A stretch of 64,000 nt of DNA from Octopus vulgaris (GCA_951406725.2 OX597830.1:9362001-9426000); one strand, 5' to 3'. Positions 14,431 through 29,948 are shown, counted from the first letter of the stretch. Made by a program: numbers and translations. The notes: generated by a model not told the origin, from the sequence alone.

Positions 14431-14944
14431 GTGCCCTGATGCAGTACCAGGTAGTGGCTGTCATAGCTTCTGATCTTAACTGATTGGAAGTGTTATCATG
14501 TACATGTTTTGTCTTGGTATAAAAGATGGGCTACAGCAAATATTCTGCTCAATACCACAGATTTGCTTGTCAGTTGTTTGACCTTAACCAGTTGAGTAAT
14601 TCCCTTAGTGACTGAAGATAAGTGCATCTCTGATGATGGCGGGAGTCATATGGGTGAGAACCATAGCCATGAGTCGAAAGGAATTCTTTGGAGTTTGAAT
14701 AATTCGCTCTTGGAAACATGGATGTTCTGCTTATTATCCTTAAGCGAATCTTATTCAGGGACCTTCTGAGCAGTATGGGCTACTCGATCTGAAGAAAGGT
14801 TATGCGCTGGTTCTCTTGACATGTGGTTCCATATGGTTGTGATGCATGTGCCTAGTGTACCCTTATCAGACGGGTAGTTATGATAGGTATATTGGGGTTC
14901 GTACCCCGGTATCACTTTGATCGCAGGTGCTGCTCTTTCACTCA
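14431..14944 (+). mobile_element. non-coding (TAA)n-associated element, copy A (diverged)
   Basis: Begins gtgccctgatgcagtaccagg and ends ctcttt cactc(aat)n. Homologous to the copies at 24214, 25888 and 38115. Confidence 0.85.
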
Positions 14945-15051
<107 letters not shown>

Positions 15052-15617
15052 GCAATTTATAAAGTAAGAATTTTAAATTATAAATTTTTAAAAAGTGGAA
15101 TATAAGCGAAAAAAAGCCAAATAGATAAAAAAAAAATGTGGCGACTCCACCCGACTCCACCCTACCCTAAAAAATGTTTTAAAATGAAATCAAATACAAC
15201 AGAATAAAAGTGCTGAATTCTTCAAGAATCAGCAGGAATTCTCACAGACTTTTAATATTATTGCGGTGTATTATCAGATGATTTTAGTTTTGTGAACCCT
15301 ACAGACCTTTTTCGATCGCAGTAGTCTTTTGCACATTCTTTAGTAAAATTCTATCATAAAAATAAAGAAAAAAAAAACAGTGACGTTAAAGAAACGAATA
15401 AATAAATAAATAAATATATAAACAAATAAATAAAGGGAAAAAACAACAAAAACGGAGGGTTATTTGTATTTGGGTGTGAAAATGAGTTTTCCTGATGTGG
15501 TTCTGAATTCTACCCTGTATAGCTCTTATGCGATTTTGTTTACTCATAGAAATATAAGGGCATGTTTGTATGTCTGTCTGTGTGACTGTGAGTCTGTTGT
15601 TTTTATCTGTCTGTCTG

Positions 15618-15649
<32 letters not shown>

Positions 15650-15757
15650 TATATTTATATATACATATGTGTGTATATATATATATATATATGAAAAGCT
15701 TACTGTTAAATATATGCACAGATTTACTGCGTGGCGTTCAGTTACTCAACAAATATA

Positions 15758-16332
15758 AAGTGCATTAAATAAACACGGATAGCTAAAAAACGTAGACGTA
15801 AGACAGACACAGACGGTTCTAATCCCTCACCAGTTATCAGCCGAACGTTAATACTCAGTTTCATGCTTTTGATGATAACACTGATATCTTCACATATCGA
15901 TGGCAACCGCGAAATTTGCAAATTTGCGGAGAATTGGGATCTTCGAGCGAAAAAAGAAAAAAAACGACACAGAGTGGACGTAGGAAAGTATACAAATGTA
16001 ATTTAAGACGATTGACAAAGACGGAATAAACAGGTGGACGAGAAAAATACGTTGACAAGAAAATTCCGGCCTTTCGACCAAAAAGACGTATGATGGCTAA
16101 CGCCTGGAAGGAATCATGAATGGATGTAGAAAGACGAATATCAAGGGAGGATATTGCTATCGATCCACTAGTTAGGCGTCCGACGCGCAAAAAGCACAGA
16201 AATGGGAAAATTGGTCACGGGTCAGATATGAAACGGAGTATTAAGATTCGGTTGATAACTGATGAAGAATTAGGATCTTCTGTGTCTGTCCTACGAGTAT
16301 GTTTTTCAGATATCGTTTATTTAATGCATTTT
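15758..16332. mobile_element. element with ~105-bp diverged terminal inverted repeats in a (TA)n context
   Basis: 15758-15865 is the reverse complement of ~16227-16332; the arms carry GAAAC..GTA..CTG(A/G)TGA. Confidence 0.6.
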
Positions 16333-16352
16333 TCATACGTGTATATATATAC

Positions 16353-16418
<66 letters not shown>

Positions 16419-16439
16419 CTGTGTATGTATGTATGAATG

Positions 16440-16516
<77 letters not shown>

Positions 16517-16517
<1 letters not shown>

Positions 16518-17630
16518 AATAGCTGCTCATCGTTTTCACGAAATTTGTGTCCTTCAAGAGCTTACCGATCTGTGCTCCATCAAAAATCCCTGCTTTAAGT
16601 TTTTCAATCGTCAAGTCTGGAAATACACTGCAGATATACTTCAAGCACTCCCTAGTTTTGACAAATTGCTTGATCAGCTTGGGTTTAATGCGCAAAGGGT
16701 AGTAAATGATCTTATCACTTCCAATATATTGACATCTATACGGACACTATTCTCTAGAAGATTCTTCTCTTTCAGTCGGGAAGCCAACAGTTCTGCAGAA
16801 TTTTTTGGGGAGGTTCAAGTCACGAACTAGATCATTGAGCTCTACCTGCGAGAATAGCGGAGGTAAAGTCTCAACTGAAAAGTTTTGATCTCTAGTGTCA
16901 TCTTCAGGTGATGAATCTTCTTTGGTTGAGGGTAAAGTTATCTGAGGCAAGACATTGAAGACAGGAACAGGAAGATCTTCACTCTGTGGAACCGGTCTAA
17001 TTGCAGAGGCAAGATTAGGATAGACGAGCGTTTGCAGATTTTTTCGGGTAACACCATTCAAATTTAGGTTGCAAAAATAGCAGTCGTCCACGTCATTATA
17101 GGGCTCCCGCCATACCAGTGGTGTAGCAAACATCATCCTGTTCCTTGTCCCTTTAGTCCATTGTTGCAAATGTTCTGTACATTGTTTGCAGACACTATGC
17201 GGTGCTCAATGTTTATCTTGGTATCCCAGCTTGACCCAAAAAATAAGCCATATGCGCTCTTTCAACAAAATCAGTGATGTTGTTTCGATTTTCAGGTAAA
17301 GTGTATTTTCCACAAACATAACAAACCACATTTTGAGAATTAACGCAACACTTTCTTGATGGGGACATCGTGCTCATTTTCTGTTGCTTAGTTCACTACA
17401 ACATCTACAAAGTATGGAAAAAGAAAAACAGGTATGTGGAATTAGAATAAGGCAACGAACACTGCGTCCTGGATGTACACGCATACACAGTGACTAAAGG
17501 GATGTACAATAACTTAAAATCTAGAACTGAAGGTTATATTTGGATTCAAGGTTATATTTGGGTTCAAGAGACCGATTTCCTATAGGAATGATGTCTATTT
17601 CGTAAACACCAAAAACCTTGTAGACCAATG
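16517..17630 (-). mobile_element. Chapaev3-like DNA transposon remnant with disrupted transposase (ATG at 17368)
   Basis: CYVCG..QDKH*APHSVC..C..W..FATPLVWREP..DCYFC; ELNDLVRDLNLPK; KQFVK..FPDL..EKLKAGIFDGAQI. Terminus ..ttgtagaccaatg|taa. Superfamily assignment is from motif recall. Confidence 0.7.
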
Positions 17631-18120
17631 TAATGGATTGAAATGAACCGTAACTAATCTGCACATCCTCTGATAACTTATGGATGGTGATTCGATGATT
17701 TCCCCTCACAGCTGCAAGGACATCTGCGATGTTTTCTCCAGTTCTGCTGGTTGCAGGTCTCCCAGAACGTTCGTTAATATCGACATTTTTTCGGTCATCT
17801 TGGAAACGTCTGAACCAATTGTACGCTTGTGTACGGCTCTTACACTCCTCTCCATACACTTTCTGCAACTTTGCGTAGGCCTCTGATCAGATATCACCAT
17901 GATAACTTTCTCTGTCATGGTCAATGCGACGATCACACGATCAAATGCTACACACTTTCCTTCCAAGCACTGTTGTAAACAGCGAAAGTGAGATAGAACA
18001 TTAAAACATACTGCGTATGCACATCAGAGTGCAAACTCAATCTTTGCTAAGCGGCATCACTCTGAGTGCTTTAACTTCGTTACTATGGCAACAGTCCAGA
18101 TACTTATTAATCAGACATCG
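17631..18120 (-). mobile_element. 5' fragment of a second mariner family
   Basis: LQKVYGEECKSRTQAYNWFRRFQ..RSGRP..NHRITI. TIR-like end cagtccagatacttattaatcagacatcg|ta. Confidence 0.85.
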
Positions 18121-18132
18121 TATATGTACACA

Positions 18133-18170
<38 letters not shown>

Positions 18171-18264
18171 TGTATGTATGTATGTATGTATGTATGTATG
18201 TATGTATGTATGTATGTATGTATATATGGCTAAGGGTGTAAATAATATAGTGTGTATATTGATA

Positions 18265-18528
18265 TACATATTTTCTCGGCCAAGATCCACATCACCCATG
18301 AGGTCCACATAAAATTGTGCTCTTAACTTTTATGTACATTAAATTGTCAATTCTTCTAAAATACTCAACAGATTTTACCATTTTTTCTTATAGAATTCCT
18401 AATAATATTTAATTACAAAAATAAAATCGGATTTTTTAAAATATCGAATGTTTGTTAGGGTCCAGTAGAGTAACATAGGGACCCACAGAGTAAAAGGGAT
18501 CCACAGAGAAAATTGGTTGACAACCATT
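18265..18528. mobile_element. degenerate hAT-like MITE
   Basis: Right end reads caatggttgtcaacc..tctgtggatccc on the minus strand, resembling hAT/Charlie termini. Left end is decayed. Confidence 0.35.
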
Positions 18529-18763
18529 GGTATATATGCAAATATGTGCACAGATTTTTGTATACACACACACACATGCACATATATATACAGATACATA
18601 TATATGCATGAGCATATATATATGCACATATATACGTATATATGCATACAAACATACATTCATACATATTCATACACGTGTGTATGAGTGTGTGAGTGTA
18701 TATATGTATATATATGTATATATATATATAGACAAATCAAATATATGTATTCATCAATAAATG

Positions 18764-18827
<64 letters not shown>

Positions 18828-19008
18828 CGTGTATATACATATTCCTATATACATGTTTGTATATGTATATATATAGGTATCTCTGCCTGTTTGCCTGCAT
18901 GGCTGTCTCTTGATTTCGCTCTTACTCGGTAAAGAACAACAAGCAGTAGCAGCAATAGGTCTCAGTCCAATAACCACGCACACACACACACAAATATATA
19001 TATATATA

Positions 19009-19041
<33 letters not shown>

Positions 19042-19228
19042 CACTATTATATATAGAGAGAGAGAGCGCGTGCAAAGGCACACACACATGCACAAACATA
19101 CATGCACACACACATACGTAAGGCGAAGCCCTTAAATCAATTGGAATGATAGAAAGACACAGACATTTGCAGTCAAAAGATTCCCACGGAACGGCATACT
19201 TGGTATTGGGTAGTACAACACTATGACA

Positions 19229-19530
19229 GAGAGAGAGAGAGAGAGAGAGAGGGAGTAAGGGAGAGGGAGAGAGAGAGGGAGAGGAGAGGGAGAGGGAGAG
19301 AGAGGGAGTAAGGGAGAGGGAGAGGGAGAGAGAGAGGGAGTAAGGGAGAGGGAGAGGGAGAGAGAGAGGGAGTAAGGGAGAGGGAGAGAGAGAGGGAGTA
19401 AGGGAGAGGGAGAGAGAGAGAGAGGGAGTAAGGGAGAGGGAGAGGGAGAGAGAGAGGGAGTAAGGGAGAGGGAGAGAGAGAGAGGGAGTAAGGGAGAGGG
19501 AGAGGAAGGGAGAGAGAGAGAGAGAGAGGA
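19229..19530. repeat. purine-rich minisatellite (gagagagagggagtaagggagaggga)n
   Basis: Repeated gggagtaaggg units separated by GA runs. Confidence 0.9.
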
Positions 19531-20819
19531 AGAGACGGTATGAGAGGGAAGAGAGATGGGAGCGGAGAGGGAGAGAGACGAGGAGGAGAGAAATATGGAA
19601 AAAGAGACTGCGAGGGAGAGAGGGAGGGTTTAAGTAAAAAAGAGAATGTGAGAGAGGCAGAGAGAAACAGACAGGGACAGAGAGTGTGTGAGAGGGAGAG
19701 GGAGAAAGGTAGATTGAAAATGAATGCGTGATAGGGAGGGAATGGAAGGCTAGTGAAGAAGAAGATGGAAAAAGAGAGGGAGAGAGAGAGAGTGTGTGTT
19801 TGAGAGAGAGAGAGGGTGACAGGGAGAGTAAGAAGTATTGAGAACGAATGATGAAGATAGAGAGAGAGAGAGAGAGAGAGAGGAGACGGTAGGAAAATGA
19901 AAGAAAATGATAGAGTACTAAAGAGGGTCAAGAGAATGTGAGAGGGAGAAAGAAAGAGAGAGACTAAGAAAAAGAATAAGAAAAAGTAACGAGTGACCGT
20001 CTTTGAAGAATCAGGCTGCGAGCTGGCAGCATCGTTTGCGCTTCGGACAAACAATGCGTAACGTATATATTCCAAGTCTTTATGTTCTGAGTTCAAATTC
20101 CGCCGAGGTCGACTTTGCATTTCGTCCCTTCGGGGCCGATAGACAAAAGTACCAGTTAGGCACTGGGTGGATTTAGTCGACTGGTCATGAAGTTTGCAAA
20201 TGGCTAGTTACCCATCCAGGGGGGATTGTTGTAATCAGGTTCACTTATACGCCATGGAAACCGAGTAATTAACCTTAAGAGTAAATACGGCTCTGAAGAA
20301 CACCCGAAGAATAAAAAAGGACAGAAACCTAATAAACAGAATTTCAGAATATGAAATTAATAGTAACACAGAACGAATGAGCGATAGAATGAGAGAACAA
20401 CAGAATAGCAGGATGACAGATGCATAGAATATATAAATGATGCCTTATCAACCGAATGACAAAGAGAGAGGCAGATTAAAAGAGATTAAAATTACGACAA
20501 ACTAATCTGTAGAACAGCGAAGGAGAAAGAGAGAGGGAGAGAGGGAGAGAGAGAGAGAGAGCGAGAGAGAGAGAGAGAGAGATCTTGCTGATACCGATTA
20601 GATTATTATAATAGATCGATATTTTGTATTGGTGATCCAACTGTTTGTTTTTGGACTGATATGTGTTTCTTATTGGTGTTTTATCTAGGACTGATAATTT
20701 TTTTTTTTTTTGTATTTCAACAATGGCGGGTTTCAAGTAGCAGCAGCAGTGGCAACAGCAACAGCAGCAGCAGGTAGTCTGAGATTTCACGATAGACACA
20801 CATGGATAAGTATATTTGT

Positions 20820-20851
<32 letters not shown>

Positions 20852-21055
20852 ACATGCACACACACACACACGTGTATGCTTACATGCATGCATATATATT
20901 TACATATATATATGTATATATTCAAATATATATATATTTAGATATAATATATATGGATATATATATATATTTGTATATATGTGTGTGTATGTGTGTGTGT
21001 GTGTATATACACGAAACCACAAATGTCGAAGGATATACATGCACACATATATACA

Positions 21056-21088
<33 letters not shown>

Positions 21089-21221
21089 GTGTATGTCTAT
21101 ATGTGTGTGTATATATATATATATATAGTGTAATAAATAAAATATATTCATACATACAAACATATATGTACGTACCTACATCTACATGTATATATACATG
21201 CATATATAAATATATATACGT

Positions 21222-21520
21222 GTGTACAGGACACCACAAATAGACGTAGAACTCAACGAGAAACGAAAACGTAAAAACAGCATGGAACGGACCATTCCTT
21301 TAACAACGAAAAAACAGAGTACAAGACAACTACACAAGGAAAAATCCCCTTCATCAGCCGTCCCTAGTTCAACTCTAGCGTGTTTCGAAGGTGAGGACAG
21401 AACACGTCTCGTCGAAGTAATCCTTCCTGCGAAAGAATTAAATAAAATTCCTTTGCAGCGGGGTAAAAACAATGAAAAAAATGTGACAAAAACAGGACGT
21501 AAAAACAATACAATTAAAAA
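21222..21520 (-). mobile_element. TA-associated repeat with GAAAC..CTGATGAAG motif
   Basis: Diverged relative of ~36500-36655 and ~48060-48345 (gtacagga.. end, cttcatcag, tttcga). Confidence 0.5.
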
Positions 21521-21726
21521 CAAATACAAAATAAAATACAATAACAAAAAATACAGTACAAGAAACAGTACAAGAAACAGGACAGGAAAACGAATAAAGA
21601 GGGCCTATAAGCCTAGACGAGGAAAAAAAAAATTTTTTCACGAGCGCAGGAAGAAACATGTTTACTTGAACAAGGCTGCCGGCGAAAGGAAGATCGTAGA
21701 CCCGGCTGTGAGAGAGATGAGGAGGA

Positions 21727-21778
<52 letters not shown>

Positions 21779-21791
21779 GGAAGCAAAAGAG

Positions 21792-21843
<52 letters not shown>

Positions 21844-21895
21844 ATTAAAATCTTATAAAATATCTCTTACATATTAAATTAGTTGCTAGCTAAAG

Positions 21896-22295
21896 AAGGC
21901 GAGCTGGCAAAAACGTTAGCACGCCGGGAGAAATGCTTAGCGGTATCTCGTCTGCCGTAGGGTTCTGAGTTCAAATTCCGCCGAAGTCGACTTTGCCTTT
22001 CATCCTTTCGGGGTCGATTAAATAAGTACCAGTTACACACTGGGGTCGATATAATCGACTTACTCCGTTTGTCTGTTCTTGTTTGTCCTCACTGTGTTTA
22101 GCCCCTTGTGGGTAGTAAAGAAATAAGTATTTCACCCGTCGCTACGTTCCGCATTCAAATTCTGCCGAGGTCGACATTGCCTTTCCTCCTTTCATGGTCG
22201 ACAAATTAAGTACGAGTGAAACACTGGGGTCGATGTAATTGATTAGTCCCCTCTCTAGAAATTTGAGGCCTTGTACCTCCAATAGAAAGGATTAA
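21896..22295 (+). mobile_element. Meta/MESC-core SINE (full plus partial tandem copy)
   Basis: Same family and same dimer layout as 5631-6033. Confidence 0.85.
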
Positions 22296-22532
22296 TTAAT
22301 AATCGTAGCTCTGTTACTTCTGATGTGAACGAAGGGCTGTGTTATTGATAAAATCCTGCAACAGTATCTAGCACACTTGCTGAATTGGACACTGGTATTT
22401 TTTCTAATCTATTGAAGTTTCACTTGAATTGAGAAAGTAAAAAAAAATGATTAATAAAATGAGTAATTCAAGTCAAAACATGTAGGGGAGACAACTACGA
22501 AATAGCAAGAAATTTAAATTCATGAAAAGAAT

Positions 22533-23155
22533 AGGCGTAGGAGTGGCTGTGTGGTAAGTAGCTTGCTTACCTATTTCTTTATTACCCACAAGGGGCTAAA
22601 CACAGAGGGGACAAACAAGGAGATACATATGTATTAAGTCGATTACATCGATTCCAGTGCGTAACTGGTACTTAATTTATCGACCCCGAAAGGATGAAAG
22701 GCAAAGTCGACCTCGGCGGAATTTGAACTCAGAACGTAACGGCAGACGAAATACCGCTAAGCATTTCGCCCGGCGTGCTAACGTTTCTGCCAGCTCGCCG
22801 CCTTGCTTACCAGCCACATGGTTCTGGGTTCAGTCCCATTGCGTGGCAGTTTGGGCAAGTGTCTTCTACTATAAGCCTCGGGCCGATTAAAGCCTTGTGA
22901 GTGGATTTGGTAGACGGAAACTGAAAGAAGCCCGTCGTATATATGTATATATATAGATTGTGTCTGTATTTGTCCCCGCCAACATCGCTTGACAAACGAT
23001 GCTGGTGTGTTTACATCCCCGTCACTTAGCTGTTCGGCAAAAGAGACCGACAGAATAAGTACTGGGCTTACAAAGAATAAGTCCCGGGGTCGATTTGCTC
23101 GACTAAAGGCTTTGCTCCAGTATGGCCGCAGTCAAATGACTGAAACAAGTAAAAT
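22533..23155 (+). mobile_element. CORE-type SINE containing a nested antisense Meta/MESC SINE (22572-22802)
   Basis: tRNA-like head, ttgggcaagtgtc CORE-like motif, internal microsatellite and tail. Insert is flanked by TSD ttgcttacc. Confidence 0.88.
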
Positions 23156-23485
23156 AGTATCCAGTGAGGAATGTGATGTTTGGTATTATGGGTATAACTT
23201 ATAACTTGTTTCGGCTTAATTAGAACTCACCAGCGACATAGTATAGTTGTTATTGTCAAATATTACAAAGAATACAAGAATTTGTTGAATGAACATAATT
23301 ACTAATATTACAACGTAATACTTGTCTGCTACTGTATGTTGTCGGCCCCCGAAAGGGTGCAAATCGACCTCAGCGTGATTCGAACTCAGAGCATAAAGAC
23401 GCGCCGCCAAGAATTTTGTCCGACGCACTTGCGATGCTGTCAGTTCGCCATCCAAATACTACTACAAGTACTGATGATGATGGCG

Positions 23486-24030
<545 letters not shown>

Positions 24031-24094
24031 TAGATTAGCATACACTAGCGTAATAATAATAATAATAATAATGATAATAATAATAATAATAATA

Positions 24095-24132
<38 letters not shown>

Positions 24133-24185
24133 ATAATAATAATGATGATGATGATGATGATGATGATATAATAATAATAATAATG

Positions 24186-24213
<28 letters not shown>

Positions 24214-24216
<3 letters not shown>

Positions 24217-24904
24217 TGCAGTACCAGGCAGTGGCTCTCATGGCTTCTGATCTTAACTGATTGGAAGTGTTATCATGTACATTGTTTTGTCTTGGTATAA
24301 AAGATGGGCTACAGCAAATATTCTGCTCAATACCACAGATTTGCTTGCATGCCCTGATGCAGTACCAGGCAGTGGCTCTCATGGCTTCTGATCTTAACTG
24401 ATTGGAAGTGTTATCATGTACATTGTTTTGTCTTGGTATAAAAGATGGGCTACAGCAAATATTCTGCTCAATACCACAGATTTGCTTGTCAGTTGTTTGA
24501 CCTTAACCAGTTGAGCATGTCCCTTAGTGGCTGACGATATGTGCATCTCTGATCACGAGCAGAAGTAGTGGGGGAGCATCATGGCCATGTGTTGAGAGGG
24601 ATTCTTTGGAGTTTGAATGGTTCACCTCTGGAAACATAGGTGTTTCGTTCAACATCCTAAAGCAACCCTTATTCAGGGACCGTTTGAGCAGGATGGGCTA
24701 CTCAACCTGAAGAAAATTCTAACTGGGCCCCACCTGCAAGGTCATGTGCTGTTTATCTTGATATGAGATCACCATGTCGCGCACATATGGTTGTGATGCA
24801 TGTGCCTGGTGTACCTTTATCAGACGGGTAGTCATGATGGGTATATTGGGCTTCGTATATTTTACCCCAGTGTCACTTTGATGGCATGAACTGCTCTCTC
24901 ACTC
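24214..24904 (+). mobile_element. (TAA)n-associated element, copy B, with duplicated 5' ~135 bp
   Basis: 24214-24348 is repeated at the start of the full copy 24349-24904. Confidence 0.9.
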
Positions 24905-24945
<41 letters not shown>

Positions 24946-25003
24946 TGATGATAATAATAATAATACTGGTGATGACGATATAATAATAATAATAATAATA
25001 ATA

Positions 25004-25741
25004 ATTGCAGCACAAGACCAAAGCCTCCCCACCAGAAATTACCAAAAGCATGTAATGAAAAGAAATATTACAAGTAACTGCAGAATATGTGGAGATGGAC
25101 AAGAAACAATAAATCATATTATCTCTAGCTGCCCAGTCCTGGCTAAGAAGGAATATATTCACAGACATGACAGAGTTGGAACTTACATACATTGGAAGCT
25201 ATGCCAACATTATGGAATAACAACAGAAAAAAGATGGTATAGGCACACACCAGAAAAGGTCACAGAAAACGAGAAAGCAACCATACTCTGGGATATGCCG
25301 ATACACACAGATAGAGAAATTAAGGCCAACAGACCAGATATAGTTGTCAGAGATCATGAAGAAAAAAATGCTTTCTAATTGATGTATCAATACCGGCAGA
25401 TGACAACGTGTCTCTAAAAGAAATGGAGAAACTCTCAAAATACAAAGACCTGGAAATAGAGGTAACTAGAATGTGGAATCTGAAAACAGAAACAATTCCT
25501 ATCATAGTAGGTGCATTAGGCATGATAAAAAAATATTCAGACAAATACATAACAAAAACACCAGGACTTACAAACACATATAACATACAGAAAATTGCAC
25601 TACTAGGCACTGCACGCATCCTACGCAGAACACTTTCCATACAATAACCATCAGAGCATCACAACAAATCACAGCACATACCCAAGGCACACAGAGCTGC
25701 GCTTGGTAGTGAAGTGAAAGCACGCTATAAAAATAAAACTA

Positions 25742-25746
<5 letters not shown>
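25004..25746 (+). mobile_element. 5'-truncated R4/Dong-type LINE (CCHC zinc knuckle plus restriction-like endonuclease, one frameshift)
   Basis: AAQDQ..CRICGDGQETINHIISSC..RHD..ILWD..RPDIVV..IDVSIP..EKLSKYKDL..LLGTARILRR*. Frameshift in the A-run near 25362. (TAA)n on both sides. Confidence 0.93.
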
Positions 25747-25806
<60 letters not shown>

Positions 25807-25816
25807 TAATAATAAC

Positions 25817-25887
<71 letters not shown>

Positions 25888-25889
<2 letters not shown>

Positions 25890-26426
25890 CAGTACCAGAC
25901 AGTGGCTCTCATGGCTTCTGATCTTAACTGATTGGAAGTGTTATCATGTACATTGTTTTGTCTTGGTATAAAACATGGGCTACATCAAATATTCTGCTCA
26001 ATACCACAGATTTGCTTGTCAGTTGTTTGACCTTAACCAGTTGAGCATGTCCCTTAGTGGCTGACAATATGTGCATCTCTGATCATGAGCAGAAGTAGTG
26101 GGGGAGCATCATAGCCGTGTGTTAAGAGAGATTCTTGGAGGTTTGGATAATTCACCTTTGGAAACATGTGTGTTTCATTCAACATCCTTAAAAGCGCCTT
26201 ATACAAGGACCTTTGGAGCACGATGGGCTACTCGACCTGAAGAAAATTCCTAACTGGTCTCCACCTGCAAGGTAATAGATAGTTTATCTTGATATGAGAT
26301 CACCATGTCGCACACATATGGTTGTGATGCATGTGCCTAGTGTACCTTTGTCGGGGTAGTCATGGTTCGTATACTGGTATATTTTACCCCAGTGTCAATA
26401 TGATGGCATGCACTGCTCTCTCACCC
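25888..26426 (+). mobile_element. (TAA)n-associated element, copy C
   Basis: Homologous to copy B; flanked by (TAA)n. Confidence 0.9.
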
Positions 26427-27060
26427 AATAATAAGAATAACAAAAACAACAACAACAATGACAACAATATTGGCTTTAGATTTAGGTACTTTTCTAGCAA
26501 TTTTTATTGCGAAAAGATCAATGTCAAAGATCCCTGGGCCTTGACTGGTAATTTATCGCTATTTTATCGATCCCGCAAGAATGAAATGTAAAGTTATTGC
26601 AAAAAAAGCCGAAAAAGGTTTCAAGATAAATGGGAAGTGGGAAAGAAAGTGATGAGAGGCCGTGGCATTGATGCCTTTCTTAAGATTATAATCGATCTAA
26701 GTACCACAGTAAATTTAAGACGCTAGGGATATCCAACGATAACATCAGCATGTTTTGTAATTCATTCCCATGCTACAGCATCCTACATCGTGGAGTACAT
26801 GTGGCGACCACATTATACTGAGCCCATTATAATCAACTTTCATCATGTCACGCTAGCTGTGACATAAGCCACACCCACTGACATAATCGGACACGCCCCC
26901 CACGTCTATGAGAGTTCGTGTACGTTTCGTTTCTTTGTCGATTATCTTTTGTTTCGTTTACAAATGACAACAGGAGATTGGTTACTTAAATATATTACCA
27001 GCTGTGTGTCTGACATTTTTAATGCATCAACATGTTATTTTGTACACATGTATATACATG

Positions 27061-27117
<57 letters not shown>

Positions 27118-27369
27118 GTGTCTATATATATATATATTTACATACATATATATATATATATTTACATACATATATATATACATATATATATATGTAGATA
27201 TGTATATACGTACAGGCATATATAAATATACACATATATACATATATACATATGTAGATATGTATATACATATATGTTTATGCATGCATATGTATATATT
27301 TACAAATACACTTCACATATATACACACACATTAGATATGAATGTATGTATTTATCTATCTATCTCTAC

Positions 27370-27414
<45 letters not shown>

Positions 27415-27758
27415 CATGCATACATACATACATACATACATACATACATACATACATACATACATACATACATACATACAAAGCACAAGCAGAAACATTA
27501 AAATGCATATCAGATGTCTCTTTATGTTTTCAGGATTGCAATAATGATTTATATAGCACGTTTGCATATGTATGTATAAATGTATGTACACACACGCATA
27601 CACACACACGCATACACACACACGCATACACACACACACATTCATATACATATACATATTTACAAGTGTATGCAAGTACTTGTATATATATCAAATAAAT
27701 ACATAGGACAATATTATATACACATACACATATATATGTATGTTTACATGTGTGCATG

Positions 27759-27810
<52 letters not shown>

Positions 27811-28063
27811 ATCGTAGTATTTATTTTCATAGTAATATATATTTAAACACATTTGCTATCAGATGTACACATATTTTCGCATGTATATCACTATATATAC
27901 ATTGTCTACACATACATTTTATACACACCTATTAATCGTATAAGTATGGCTAAGGTTTCAAGGAAAACACACACATGGAAATTTATATATATATGTATGT
28001 TCCAATACACACACGCACGCACACAGATACACACACACATACACATACACACATGTATGTACT

Positions 28064-28123
<60 letters not shown>

Positions 28124-28125
<2 letters not shown>

Positions 28126-28443
28126 CGATGGGCTTCTTTCAGATTCTATCTACCAGATCCACTCAAAAGGCTTTGGTCGGCCTAAGACCATAGTAGAAGA
28201 CTCTTGCCCAAGGTGCCACTCAGTTAAACTGAACCCGGAACCGTTTAGTTGGTAAGCTAGCTACTTACCTCACAGCAAATCCTGTGCCTATACATACATA
28301 CATACATCTCTCTCTCTCTCTCTCTGTATATATATATATATATGTATGTATGTATATATGTGTGTGTGTATCTATATATATGTGTTTATGTATGTATGCA
28401 TATATATATATATATATATACAAATACATTCACACACACACAC

Positions 28444-28517
<74 letters not shown>

Positions 28518-28655
28518 ACAAATATATATCCCACGGGCTTCTTTCAGCTTCCATCTACCAAATCCACTCACTTGCCCGAGTTGTCACGCAGTGGGACTGA
28601 ACCCGTAACCATGTTGTTGGTAAGCAAGCTACTTATGACAGTCACTCCTGCGTCT
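28124..28655 (-). mobile_element. two CORE-type SINE heads (28124-28290, 28530-28655)
   Basis: gggcttctttcag..tctacca.atccactca..cttgccc motifs. Confidence 0.75.
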
Positions 28656-28665
28656 ATATATATAT

Positions 28666-28875
<210 letters not shown>

Positions 28876-29189
28876 TTCATACGCACTCGCACTAACATAC
28901 ACATATGTATACCAGTATGTGTTTGTGCATGTGTCTGTGTGTGTGTGTCTATGTGTGTAGCAATCCAGAATTCTGTCTATAGCATGTGGTACATGGAAAC
29001 ATACTTACATCTGTAGATAGATCCACATATATGCATATGTGCATACACACCGACACACACACATACACACACGCGTACACACATATGCATGTACAGGGAC
29101 ACATATATGAAAACAGATACCCACATATCTACGCATACATACATCCCGCACACACACACACACACATAATTTACATATGTATCTATTTG

Positions 29190-29374
<185 letters not shown>

Positions 29375-29948
29375 ATATCTATCTATCTATCTATCCATCA
29401 ATCTATCTATACGTGTGTGTGCGTGTGTGGTGTGTGTGAGTGTGTGTGTGCGTGTGTGTGCGTGTTGTGTGTGTGTGTGTATCTATGCATGTATATGTAT
29501 ATATTGGAAATAATATGTCTGGAAGCTCTGCCCATGCAGTCATAGCCAATAGCAACATTCGAGTTATCCAATTCAAAAGACCATTTCAGCATTATATTTA
29601 CATGCCAGCCTTCATAGCTGTGCACGATGTGCTTTGAGAATTGTTATCCTCCAAATGAATTGTTTCGCGTTCTCTCCGATTGTCATAAAATTCCTGCGAC
29701 ATCATCTGCGTTCATTTCATGATGCTCAACCGTTAATCCTTGAACATTTTCTTCTCTCACCTTTTTTTTTTTCGTCCTTCCTCCGCATTTTTTTTTTTCT
29801 CTCTCTCAATCCTTTCTGTCGAAGAGTCTAAGCTGGAAACATCAACGACTTTGCCATTATTCATGAGCGTTAAACTAATACACCTGCTTGTTGTTCCTTC
29901 AGCTCTCTTCGTCTTTTGTTTCCTGCAAACCATATATATATATATATA

